The notes under the pieces were generated by a model. That model saw only the letters and a list, made by a program, of their open reading frames with translations. It was not told the origin of the DNA and made no database searches. From positions 1 through 54,659 of the IMG/VR virus record IMGVR_UViG_3300026183_000006: DNA of 54,659 nt; one strand, given 5' to 3'. A program made the translations under genes and the position numbers. Positions 1 through 6,756 of the stretch are shown piece after piece (position 1 is the stretch's first letter; every line of letters begins with the position of its first letter). The DNA is from a virus (Duplodnaviria; Caudoviricetes).

Positions 1-1
1 A

Positions 2-181
2 AGAAACTTCATCGGCTCACACTCGCACACGGTAGCTGAAGCCCTCGTGATTTGGTCACAACTGGAAGACTGCCCGCCATGCTTGAGGGGTAGGCTTGAT
101 TCTTTACGCAGCGAATTGAAGCACCTGCCGGAATTTTCTGAGTCGAACAGCTTCTCTCCAAACCACCAAAAAAAACTATGA
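2..181 (+). CDS. Partial hypothetical protein (5' end outside window)
   Basis: Open frame RNFIGSHSHTVAEALVIW...NHQKKL*; its stop overlaps the next ATG (ATGA at 178-181). Confidence 0.5.
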   Translation, partial: RNFIGSHSHTVAEALVIWSQLEDCPPCLRGRLDSLRSELKHLPEFSESNSFSPNHQKKL

Positions 182-288
182 GATACAAAGTGATCGAAAA
201 ACGGATGCTCGTTGTTGAATACGAGATCGAAGCAGAAACCGACAACTACGGGTATGACCTTGTGAGTTGTGAAGAAATTGAATATTAG
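178..288 (+). CDS. Small hypothetical early protein (36 aa)
   Basis: Manual translation MRYKVIEKRMLVVEYEIEAETDNYGYDLVSCEEIEY*; coupled to the upstream ORF and ends just before the first repeat. Confidence 0.55.
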   Translation: MRYKVIEKRMLVVEYEIEAETDNYGYDLVSCEEIEY

Positions 289-294
289 AGAGAA

Positions 295-314
295 AGGAAC
301 TCCAATATAATTAG
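295..314 (+). promoter_or_regulatory. Repeated promoter-like motif, copy 1 (AGGAACTCCAATATAATTAG)
   Basis: Near-identical to copies at 896, 1075 and 1257; contains TATAAT; upstream of ATG 322. Confidence 0.75.
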
Positions 315-321
315 ATTGTAA

Positions 322-576
322 ATGAAACAAATGGTTAAATCGCGGTATGGAGCTAATAGACTGTTCTATTGGCAAGATTCAAAATGGTATGTCGATCTTA
401 AAGAAACTCACTTTGTAAGATTTACTGGTGGGGTGGATGAATGTGAGGCAATCGATCCGGATGGTGGTCCCTATATCGCTATAGGTGATAAGCTTAGTAG
501 TATATCTACCTTCCTTCCTGACATTACAATCACTAAGCTTAAGAGAATTAAAGCTGGAGTCTACCAATTGACATAA
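322..576 (+). CDS. Hypothetical early protein (84 aa)
   Basis: ORF directly after the repeat motif; contains IDPDGGPYI; no family recognised. Confidence 0.75.
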   Translation: MKQMVKSRYGANRLFYWQDSKWYVDLKETHFVRFTGGVDECEAIDPDGGPYIAIGDKLSSISTFLPDITITKLKRIKAGVYQLT

Positions 577-612
577 GGACCCTTTTTTTTTGTTCAAGTG
601 AACACCATAAAG

Positions 613-686
613 CTGTAATACAACTTAAAAAAATGCGGTTTATAGCAAAAAAGTATTTACATTAGCCAATTTTTAAGTTAGAATAT
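613..686 (+). promoter_or_regulatory. Sigma70-type early promoter within a ~75 bp duplicated block, copy 1
   Basis: TTTACA (656-661), 17 nt, TAGAAT (679-684) with upstream A-tracts; block recurs at 3334-3409. Confidence 0.8.
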
Positions 687-693
687 ATCCATA

Positions 694-894
694 ATGAACC
701 AAGAAACTATGAAGAAAAAGTTTTCAGAAATCTCAGTAGGAGTTGAATTTGTCACCAAAGATGGTGTGTTCAAAAAGGAGGGTAAAACTACAGCGCTGTG
801 CCTTGTTTCGACGAACTTCCCGCAACATGAGGGCAAAGTTGTAGGTGGATTCGCTAAAAACAACAACATCCTTGTTAAGCCGATAGAAGGCTAA
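694..894 (+). CDS. Hypothetical early protein (66 aa)
   Basis: ORF immediately after the sigma70 promoter; stop abuts repeat copy 2. Confidence 0.75.
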   Translation: MNQETMKKKFSEISVGVEFVTKDGVFKKEGKTTALCLVSTNFPQHEGKVVGGFAKNNNILVKPIEG

Positions 895-895
895 A

Positions 896-915
896 AGGAA
901 CTCCGATATAATTAG
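896..915 (+). promoter_or_regulatory. Repeated promoter-like motif, copy 2 (AGGAACTCCGATATAATTAG)
   Basis: TATAAT at 907-912, ATG at 918. Confidence 0.75.
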
Positions 916-917
916 GT

Positions 918-1073
918 ATGAGCAAGATTACGCGCGACGACTACTGTAGGATGTGGGACGCCCTCCTCGCCGGCAAAATCACAGAGCAAGAATGGCGCAC
1001 CTTTTGTGACGCACTTTTCGTTCAGACTCTTGAAGAGAATAAAGATGTGCTGGTTCGTCTTAAGAACCGCTAA
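918..1073 (+). CDS. Small hypothetical early protein (51 aa, not in ORF track)
   Basis: MSKITRDDYCRMWDALLAGKITEQEWRTFCDALFVQTLEENKDVLVRLKNR* fills the space between repeat copies 2 and 3. Confidence 0.8.
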   Translation: MSKITRDDYCRMWDALLAGKITEQEWRTFCDALFVQTLEENKDVLVRLKNR

Positions 1074-1074
1074 T

Positions 1075-1094
1075 AGGAACTCCGATATAATTAG
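1075..1094 (+). promoter_or_regulatory. Repeated promoter-like motif, copy 3
   Basis: Identical to copy 2 through ...TTAGGTATGAG; ATG at 1097. Confidence 0.75.
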
Positions 1095-1096
1095 GT

Positions 1097-1258
1097 ATGA
1101 GAGAGAAGGAAATAGATGATGTGCTACAGCAACTGAAAGATAAAGAAGAAGAGTGTCAAGAGCTGATTGAGCTTATCCATCACAAGGATGAACTCATCAA
1201 AGATCTCAAGAGACTTTTAAAATCAGCAGCTAAGCAAGTGCCTGGCATTGAGTATTAG
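1097..1258 (+). CDS. Small coiled-coil hypothetical protein (53 aa, not in ORF track)
   Basis: MREKEIDDVLQQLKDKEEECQELIELIHHKDELIKDLKRLLKSAAKQVPGIEY* fills the space between copies 3 and 4. Confidence 0.8.
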   Translation: MREKEIDDVLQQLKDKEEECQELIELIHHKDELIKDLKRLLKSAAKQVPGIEY

Positions 1259-1275
1259 GAACTTCAATATAATAG
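1257..1275 (+). promoter_or_regulatory. Repeated promoter-like motif, copy 4 (AGGAACTTCAATATAATAG)
   Basis: TATAAT at 1268-1273, ATG at 1279. Confidence 0.7.
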
Positions 1276-1278
1276 ATT

Positions 1279-1557
1279 ATGGTAAAAAAAGATAGAGACA
1301 TTTACCGTGTACAAAAAGGCGAGAACTACTCTCTTTATACAAAGAACGGTAAAAAACATAACCTAAATGGTCCTGCTTTAGTAATAGGTGAAGACGAGCA
1401 CTTCTATGTAGAAGGGAAAAAGTATACACAAACACAATGGACTGATTATGTATCTGCGTATACTGCTTATGAAAAGAGCCCTTCCGTAGAGAAAGATTGC
1501 TTCATGAATGCAATTGATTCCCCTGATGGAATCTATGTGGAAATGAATAAATATTAA
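1279..1557 (+). CDS. Hypothetical phage protein with an 'H-x-x-D/N-GPA' repeat unit
   Basis: NGKKHNLNGPALVIGEDEHFYVEGKKY resembles the LHREDGPA-type motif common in large-virus hypotheticals. Confidence 0.7.
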   Translation: MVKKDRDIYRVQKGENYSLYTKNGKKHNLNGPALVIGEDEHFYVEGKKYTQTQWTDYVSAYTAYEKSPSVEKDCFMNAIDSPDGIYVEMNKY

Positions 1558-1559
1558 AA

Positions 1560-1646
1560 ATGGATAAGAATGAATTCTTTATATTGTTAATAGTTATTCT
1601 AATATTTATTTATTTAAGTTATATTGGAATGTTTGATTTACTTTAA
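1560..1646 (+). CDS. Small single-pass membrane peptide (28 aa)
   Basis: MDKNEFFILLIVILIFIYLSYIGMFDLL*; stop overlaps next start (TAATG). Confidence 0.45.
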   Translation: MDKNEFFILLIVILIFIYLSYIGMFDLL

Positions 1647-1828
1647 TGATGTATCAAGTTGTTTATAACTGTAAAGTCATCAAGGAGTTTGATGATAGAC
1701 AGGAAGCTATTATGTACGTTGATAGCTTCTTCAAGTGTGGTGACTATGATGGAAGTAGTGCAAATGTCGACATCTACTTAGATGATAGAAAGTTATATTC
1801 TGCTTATTTAAATATAGCTTACAGATAA
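1646..1828 (+). CDS. Hypothetical protein (60 aa)
   Basis: ORF track; tight packing with neighbours. Confidence 0.65.
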   Translation: MMYQVVYNCKVIKEFDDRQEAIMYVDSFFKCGDYDGSSANVDIYLDDRKLYSAYLNIAYR

Positions 1829-1847
1829 ACGAAGAATAAATACCATT

Positions 1848-2966
1848 ATGAAAAAGAAAAGTGTAGAAGATATCATACTTGACATCGAAAATAATATTAT
1901 GCAATTGAAAGAAGCCACTGGCTTTGGTTTAGATAAAAAACAAAAATATCCATCAAATATTGATTGGCCAATATTTAAATATCTTGGAGGAGAGGTCCAA
2001 GGGAATTTAACTAAAACTCGCTCTATTGCAATGGATGATTCTGGTTTTATCCATTCACTGGGTTATAAGTCAGATATGCATATCGTAACTGATACTTGTA
2101 CAGACCTTGTTAATAGAAAAGAAGTTGGATTTAAAGGTTTTATTGGTAATGTTGTAGCATCTAATGGAAAAACATATTACTTACCAGCGTATTCGACTTC
2201 TATTGGTATTCTCGATAGAAAATCTGGAGAAATATCATTAGAGAATAAATGGAATCACACACCTCAGGTACGCTCAGGAGCAGAAGGTGCGAATGGTATT
2301 ATCTATATGCCGTCATATACTAAAACTTTAAGAATTTATACGTACAATACTAAGACTGGTGAGGCAAGTTCATTTAAACCACCTCAACCAGGATTCTTTG
2401 GTCATATCTGGGGAGCAGCAGCAGATAAAGAAGGCAATATTTATATGCCTCCAGCTCTAAGTAATAAGATTTTAAAAATTAGTAAAAACGGTGTTGCTCA
2501 TTTATTAGAAGGTGATCCTGTTACGTCTGGAGTACGTGGATTTGATGTAAAGTATGTTGGAGCTACTTATGTAGAAAGCGTGAATAAAGTATTCTGTTTA
2601 CCTAGATGTGGTAAAAAGATTTTGATTATTAATTGCGCTGATGACAGTTACGAAGAAATTGATTTGCCTGCAGATTATCTTGCAGTAGCAAATAAAAATA
2701 AAAACTTCCATGGATATCTTGCACCTAATGGATGGCTTTATAGTACATTTTGGGCAGACACAAAATTATTTAAAATAAATCCTGAAACGTATGAGATTGA
2801 TTGGAAAGATTATGAATATGAATTCATGGATAGTCAACCTACACCAGAAAAAGGATCTGGTATTATGAATATTGGTACAGGTTATTCTACTTGTGCTTTG
2901 GTGAAAGATAAAGATGTTTATCTTGGATTAGCTGGAACTACAAAATCAATTAAATTAGAATTTTAA
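1848..2966 (+). CDS. Beta-propeller repeat protein (Vgb/NHL-like)
   Basis: Repeated blades ASNGKTYYLP, GANGIIYMPS, DKEGNIYMPP, APNGWLYS; late-like AATAAATA at 1835-1842. Confidence 0.7.
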   Translation: MKKKSVEDIILDIENNIMQLKEATGFGLDKKQKYPSNIDWPIFKYLGGEVQGNLTKTRSIAMDDSGFIHSLGYKSDMHIVTDTCTDLVNRKEVGFKGFIGNVVASNGKTYYLPAYSTSIGILDRKSGEISLENKWNHTPQVRSGAEGANGIIYMPSYTKTLRIYTYNTKTGEASSFKPPQPGFFGHIWGAAADKEGNIYMPPALSNKILKISKNGVAHLLEGDPVTSGVRGFDVKYVGATYVESVNKVFCLPRCGKKILIINCADDSYEEIDLPADYLAVANKNKNFHGYLAPNGWLYSTFWADTKLFKINPETYEIDWKDYEYEFMDSQPTPEKGSGIMNIGTGYSTCALVKDKDVYLGLAGTTKSIKLEF

Positions 2967-3181
2967 TGAAAGGCTTCGAGCAGATTCATATAATAGCAAA
3001 AGATAGAGGTTTTAAATACGAACCCATAGCAAATACACCAAAATTCTATAACGAAAATGATGCTCTCAAGTATTGGGAGAATAATAAATTCGAAATATTA
3101 GATTCTAATTTCTATAATGATCCCATTGTCATTATAAGAAAGGAAATTAGCAACACAAAAACACAAGATTTATATGGCTGA
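2966..3181 (+). CDS. Hypothetical protein (71 aa)
   Basis: TAATG coupling to the upstream gene. Confidence 0.65.
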   Translation: MKGFEQIHIIAKDRGFKYEPIANTPKFYNENDALKYWENNKFEILDSNFYNDPIVIIRKEISNTKTQDLYG

Positions 3182-3323
3182 AAATATGCATTTTGATGAA
3201 CTCCACAGAGTTATCTACAAAATAGTCAGAAAGAGTGGATATACTGAAGAATGGTGGTTCAAATACGATAGTCAAGGAAATAGGACCGTTATCAAGAATA
3301 TTAAGGAAAAAAAGCCCTTTTGA
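3174..3323 (+). CDS. Small hypothetical protein (49 aa, not in ORF track)
   Basis: MAENMHFDELHRVIYKIVRKSGYTEEWWFKYDSQGNRTVIKNIKEKKPF*; overlaps the previous stop. Confidence 0.55.
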   Translation: MAENMHFDELHRVIYKIVRKSGYTEEWWFKYDSQGNRTVIKNIKEKKPF

Positions 3324-3328
3324 GGGCT
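3307..3328. terminator. Hairpin AGCCCT-TTTG-AGGGCT, probable intrinsic terminator
   Basis: 6-bp stem preceded by an A-run, so the U-tail reads on the minus strand. Confidence 0.5.
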
Positions 3329-3333
3329 AAAAT

Positions 3334-3409
3334 CTGTATTACAACTTAAAAAAAGTGCTATTTTTTGTAAAAAAAGTATTCACATTAGCCAATTTTTGAG
3401 TTAGAATAT
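3334..3409 (+). promoter_or_regulatory. Sigma70-type early promoter within the duplicated block, copy 2
   Basis: TTCACA (3379-3384), 17 nt, TAGAAT (3402-3407); homologous to 613-686. Confidence 0.8.
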
Positions 3410-4079
3410 GCTCATGACGAAAACAATATTGTTCATTGCAACTTTATCATCGATTGTCGGGGTTTGTCTTTATGAAAAAGAATCCCCTGAAATTGAAACT
3501 GTCAGAGAAGTAGTGGACAATAAAGTCGAAACAAAATCCGATTTTAACAAGCCTATTCTTGTTAGACCTAATGTTGTATTTGTGCAACAAATCAGTTACG
3601 TCGATAAGTCAGTTTCTCTAAAAATCGAAAACCTTAATTGGGAGCAGGAAATGCTTAAAGGTGTTAAGTTTTTTGAAGGGTTCAGATCAAAACCTTATTT
3701 CTGTTGCGCCGGCGTGAAGACAATCGGGTATGGTTGTACCGATAAAAACATTGTTTCTCGTGGTGTAATTAGTGAGAATAAAGCTTCTGACATTCTCCAT
3801 AAAAACCTAAAAATTATTCAGGGTAAAGTTTTAGAAGAAGTTAACGTTCCTCTTAGTGATTCTCAATTGTGTGCCCTTACGAGTTTTGCATATAATGTAG
3901 GTATATCAAATCTTAAAAAACTTATCAATGGTCCTAATCGCCTCAATGAAGGTAATTACGAAAGTGTAGAAAATATTATGCCAAAATACCGTATAGCCGG
4001 TGGAAAGGTAAGAAAAGGTCTTGAAAAAAGACGAGCATGGGAAGTTTCTCTTTGGAAAGGAGAACCAGAAATTTTATAA
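3408..4079 (+). CDS. GH24 (phage lysozyme) muramidase with N-terminal signal anchor; likely start 3414
   Basis: FEGFRSKPYFCCAGVKTIGYG (E-x8-C-x5-T), ALTSFAYNVG, GLEKRRAWE; hydrophobic N-terminus. Confidence 0.9.
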   Translation: MLMTKTILFIATLSSIVGVCLYEKESPEIETVREVVDNKVETKSDFNKPILVRPNVVFVQQISYVDKSVSLKIENLNWEQEMLKGVKFFEGFRSKPYFCCAGVKTIGYGCTDKNIVSRGVISENKASDILHKNLKIIQGKVLEEVNVPLSDSQLCALTSFAYNVGISNLKKLINGPNRLNEGNYESVENIMPKYRIAGGKVRKGLEKRRAWEVSLWKGEPEIL

Positions 4080-4082
4080 ATA
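4075..4082 (+). promoter_or_regulatory. T4-type late promoter
   Basis: TATAAATA, 8 nt before ATG 4091. Confidence 0.8.
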
Positions 4083-4090
4083 CAAATACG

Positions 4091-4723
4091 ATGAAATTTA
4101 AAGGTAAAGAAAACATTGTCAAAGAAGTTCAAGGTAAACTCGGATTATCGGCTGATGGAATTGATGGACCTAATACATGGAAAATGATTTGGGAACAATT
4201 AGTTCATGACGGAAAAGGTGCACCAGAAAAACCAGAACCTCCAGTTCAAGAACTTAAAGATGATTATCCAGAAGTTTATAAGGCTTCTCCAAACCAATCA
4301 GGTACTATTAAGCCTAAATATGTTATCCTTCACCATAGTAGTGGTAGCCATGATGGTACTCGTTCATGGATTTTAAACTCTGCGTCACAGGTGAGTTACC
4401 ACTATCTTATTGCAGCTGATGGTTCCCGTACACAATTTGTCCATGACACTAAACGAGCATGGCATGCTGGTAAATCAAAGTGGAATGGTATTACTGGATT
4501 AAACGGACACAGCGTTGGTATTTCATTCTATGGAAATACAAATTCTAGAACTCCAAGTTCAGCAGAAATTGATTCTGCAGCTAAAAAGTGCAAATACCTT
4601 ATGGATAAATTCGGATTTGGTATTGAGAACATCTTAACACATAAGATGATTGCTCCTGGCCGGAAAGATGATCCTTCAGATGCAACTTACCAATTGGTTA
4701 TTAATAGAATCAAAGAGCTCTAA
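4091..4723 (+). CDS. Endolysin: peptidoglycan-binding domain plus Amidase_2 (AmpD-like) N-acetylmuramoyl-L-alanine amidase
   Basis: ADGIDGPNTW PG-binding motif, Pro-rich linker, VILHHS, SYHYLI, RAWHAG, NGHSVGI, LTHKMIAPGRKDDP. Start moved from 4037 to the ATG after the late promoter. Confidence 0.9.
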   Translation: MKFKGKENIVKEVQGKLGLSADGIDGPNTWKMIWEQLVHDGKGAPEKPEPPVQELKDDYPEVYKASPNQSGTIKPKYVILHHSSGSHDGTRSWILNSASQVSYHYLIAADGSRTQFVHDTKRAWHAGKSKWNGITGLNGHSVGISFYGNTNSRTPSSAEIDSAAKKCKYLMDKFGFGIENILTHKMIAPGRKDDPSDATYQLVINRIKEL

Positions 4724-4944
4724 GTTTGAGCATCCCAAAAGGTCTTATTGATCTCATTGGGAACAGAATCCTGGGTCGGGCGAAGAGTCTTATGGCGGCA
4801 GTTCATATAGATTTCATCGCCCGACTCATTTGTTCTAATGCCTGCAGTTCCTGTTTCCCAAAGCGCGGTGAGGGCCCCACCTGGATCTGGTGGTGCATTA
4901 TCGTATTCCCATGTGGTATTATTAGTTATTGTTACCCATGCCAT
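4720..4944 (-). CDS. Hypothetical late protein (74 aa)
   Basis: Own late promoter (TATTTATA on + strand, 4950-4957) 5 nt from the ATG. Confidence 0.75.
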   Translation of the reverse strand: MAWVTITNNTTWEYDNAPPDPGGALTALWETGTAGIRTNESGDEIYMNCRHKTLRPTQDSVPNEINKTFWDAQT

Positions 4945-4976
4945 ACTACTATTTATAATATTAGGTAGTTGGAGAT

Positions 4977-5006
4977 AAAAAAAAGCCGAGGTTTTCCTCG
5001 GCTTTT
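4977..5006. terminator. Intrinsic terminator (possibly bidirectional)
   Basis: AAAAGCCGAGG-TTTT-CCTCGGCTTTT directly after the stop of 5012..5254 (-). Confidence 0.85.
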
Positions 5007-5011
5007 GAACA

Positions 5012-5254
5012 TTACTCAGAAAAATAAATCTTCCTTTCTAATTCCCTGTAACGTTTATCTGAATGCCAAATTTCTTCTAATTGAGGAGAATATTGACCTT
5101 CTTTAGTTTGAATCGTCGTTCCTGGGGTCAATGTTATTGTAGAAGGCTGATATATGTTTAAGGTGTCGTTTTTCAGCGAGGAGCTGGTCCCGCAAGAGAT
5201 CAGCACGCTCGGTAGCAGCAGAAGTACGCTTACTGCGAAGTTCTTCAATTTCAT
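5012..5254 (-). CDS. Lipoprotein, candidate o-spanin (Rz1-like)
   Basis: Signal peptide with lipobox L-I-S-C; overlaps the upstream coiled-coil gene in another frame; next to endolysins. Confidence 0.65.
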   Translation of the reverse strand: MKLKNFAVSVLLLLPSVLISCGTSSSLKNDTLNIYQPSTITLTPGTTIQTKEGQYSPQLEEIWHSDKRYRELERKIYFSE

Positions 5255-5369
5255 TAATAAGTTTAAGTTGTTTTTCTCTAGACTTCTCTGTAATATCGTA
5301 ATAAAATGTCTTATTTCTTAATTGTAAATAAGCATTTACTGTCGACAATACTGTTTTAATCAAGCCCAT
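5103..5369 (-). CDS. Coiled-coil protein, candidate i-spanin (Rz-like)
   Basis: Heptad-rich body, overlapped by the lipoprotein gene; no convincing TM helix. Confidence 0.5.
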   Translation of the reverse strand: MGLIKTVLSTVNAYLQLRNKTFYYDITEKSREKQLKLINEIEELRSKRTSAATERADLLRDQLLAEKRHLKHISAFYNNIDPRNDDSN

Positions 5370-5381
5370 TTTATTAAAAAA

Positions 5382-5576
5382 TTATCGTTTGCCGCCTTTT
5401 TCCTTCGCTTTACCAATGTTAAGCGCTAGCAAATCAATAACACCATATACTTTGGCGAGTACTGATCCTTTAGCTGGAGTAGGTGTAATAGCAGCAATGG
5501 ATGATGCAAGAGCAACAGCCGCAGCTAATACTCCAAACCATGGCTGATCTTGAATGAATGTAATTAGGAATTCCAT
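5382..5576 (-). CDS. Small membrane protein, candidate holin
   Basis: TM segment WFGVLAAAVALASSIAAITP, second amphipathic helix, basic C-tail; late promoter at 5627-5634 (-). Confidence 0.6.
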   Translation of the reverse strand: MEFLITFIQDQPWFGVLAAAVALASSIAAITPTPAKGSVLAKVYGVIDLLALNIGKAKEKGGKR

Positions 5577-5626
5577 ATTTCTTTTATTTGAGTTAATGAG
5601 ACAACTAATTTAATTGTCTACGAATT

Positions 5627-5670
5627 TATTTATACTTAAATGGGTTTTAAATACATCATTTTTATAAATA
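5627..5670. promoter_or_regulatory. Divergent pair of T4-type late promoters
   Basis: TATTTATA 5627-5634 (minus) and TATAAATA 5663-5670 (plus). Confidence 0.8.
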
Positions 5671-5683
5671 CTATCACAAGCCA

Positions 5684-6562
5684 ATGGCTACCTTTATACC
5701 ACATCCGCAAGGTGATGATGATAATCGCCTTGAATTAACACTTGAGCAGGCTCGCGATTTCGCAGAAAGATTCTGTCAACCTAAAGATAACACTTTAGTA
5801 GAAGATTTCGACGAAACAGCACGCGAAGCTGCTTGGCGTTTATTGCAGGCACTTGAATTACACCAACATAATGAAGGTCATATTTGTGAAAAATGCCAAG
5901 CTGCAGAGGAAGAGAAAGAATCAATAGAAGAAAAGGTAGAAGAAAATGTTGAAACCATTTCAGATAATACTACTATTGATAAATTGACTGAAATTGCTGA
6001 AAACAATAAAGAAATTCTTAAGAAAGCTGCAGCCGTAGGAGCTGTAGCTGCAACAACTCAAGCAGCTGAGGCTGCTACAGTGGAAGTTGCTAAAACAGGC
6101 ATCAAAGCATCTATCAGTATGTTTATTCAAGAAACCACAGCAAAAACAGCGGCTATCGGCACAGCTGGGTTGATGTCAATAGGCAGCGGTGCATATTTTC
6201 AAGCAAAAACTGTTAAAAATGAAGGAATTGAAGTTGCTGTTGTGACAGAACAAGAATATGGTGTATTTTCGTCAATGAACGAATTTAGTGAATCTATTTT
6301 TGGTGTGTCACCCTTTGGAAGTATAGAGGAATATGCTGAAAAAGGATATGGAGACATTGAGGGAACTGGACTGGAGGGTGGAGGAGAAAATGGAGATGGT
6401 GGTAGCGGGAATGGAGGGGAAGATTTAATAGACGAAGAACAATCGAAAAGATTTAAAGAAGCGGCCGAGAAGAAGAAAGAGTTAGAAGAAAAGGGAATTC
6501 TTCCGAAAATCGAAGAAGAATTAGAAAAAGACAAATCCGTAACGCCTGTAGGCAATGAGTAA
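5684..6562 (+). CDS. Acidic, Ala/Gly-rich hypothetical protein, possibly membrane-associated
   Basis: 292 aa; H-x-CEKC motif, Ala-rich stretch, weakly hydrophobic AAIGTAGLMSIGSGAYF, Gly-rich linker. Confidence 0.75.
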   Translation: MATFIPHPQGDDDNRLELTLEQARDFAERFCQPKDNTLVEDFDETAREAAWRLLQALELHQHNEGHICEKCQAAEEEKESIEEKVEENVETISDNTTIDKLTEIAENNKEILKKAAAVGAVAATTQAAEAATVEVAKTGIKASISMFIQETTAKTAAIGTAGLMSIGSGAYFQAKTVKNEGIEVAVVTEQEYGVFSSMNEFSESIFGVSPFGSIEEYAEKGYGDIEGTGLEGGGENGDGGSGNGGEDLIDEEQSKRFKEAAEKKKELEEKGILPKIEEELEKDKSVTPVGNE

Positions 6563-6756
6563 TGGAAGAAATATTTGATAAAATTTTAGGCCCTTATATG
6601 AATTCAATGCCAGAATTGACTATTTCTATTATTGGTTTACTTGGAACACTTTCTTATATTATACCAGAAAACAGTAAATTAGGCAGAATTCTTGCCAAAT
6701 TGACTGGAAATTTAAGAAAAATTAAGGACTACCTACTCAAAAAAAGAAATAAATGA
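6562..6756 (+). CDS. Small membrane protein (holin-like architecture)
   Basis: TM segment LTISIIGLLGTLSYIIP followed by a basic amphipathic tail. Confidence 0.7.
   Translation: MEEIFDKILGPYMNSMPELTISIIGLLGTLSYIIPENSKLGRILAKLTGNLRKIKDYLLKKRNK

Noticed and set aside
575-592. AAGGACCCTT followed by a T-run as a terminator
   Set aside because: The stem is only 3-4 bp with a minimal loop; too weak to call.
1258-1264. GGAACTT as an ECF (sigmaE) -35 box, or AGGA as a Shine-Dalgarno
   Set aside because: No matching ECF -10 at the expected spacing, and AGGA lies about 18 nt or more from the ATG, too far for an SD.
295-1275. Repeat array as a CRISPR array or integron attC sites
   Set aside because: Intervening segments are 160-580 bp intact ORFs of unequal length, the repeats are non-palindromic and contain TATAAT, and no cas or integrase gene is present.
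4037-4090. Longer N-terminus of the amidase given by the ORF track
   Set aside because: It overlaps the lysozyme gene and begins upstream of the late promoter; ATG 4091 fits better.
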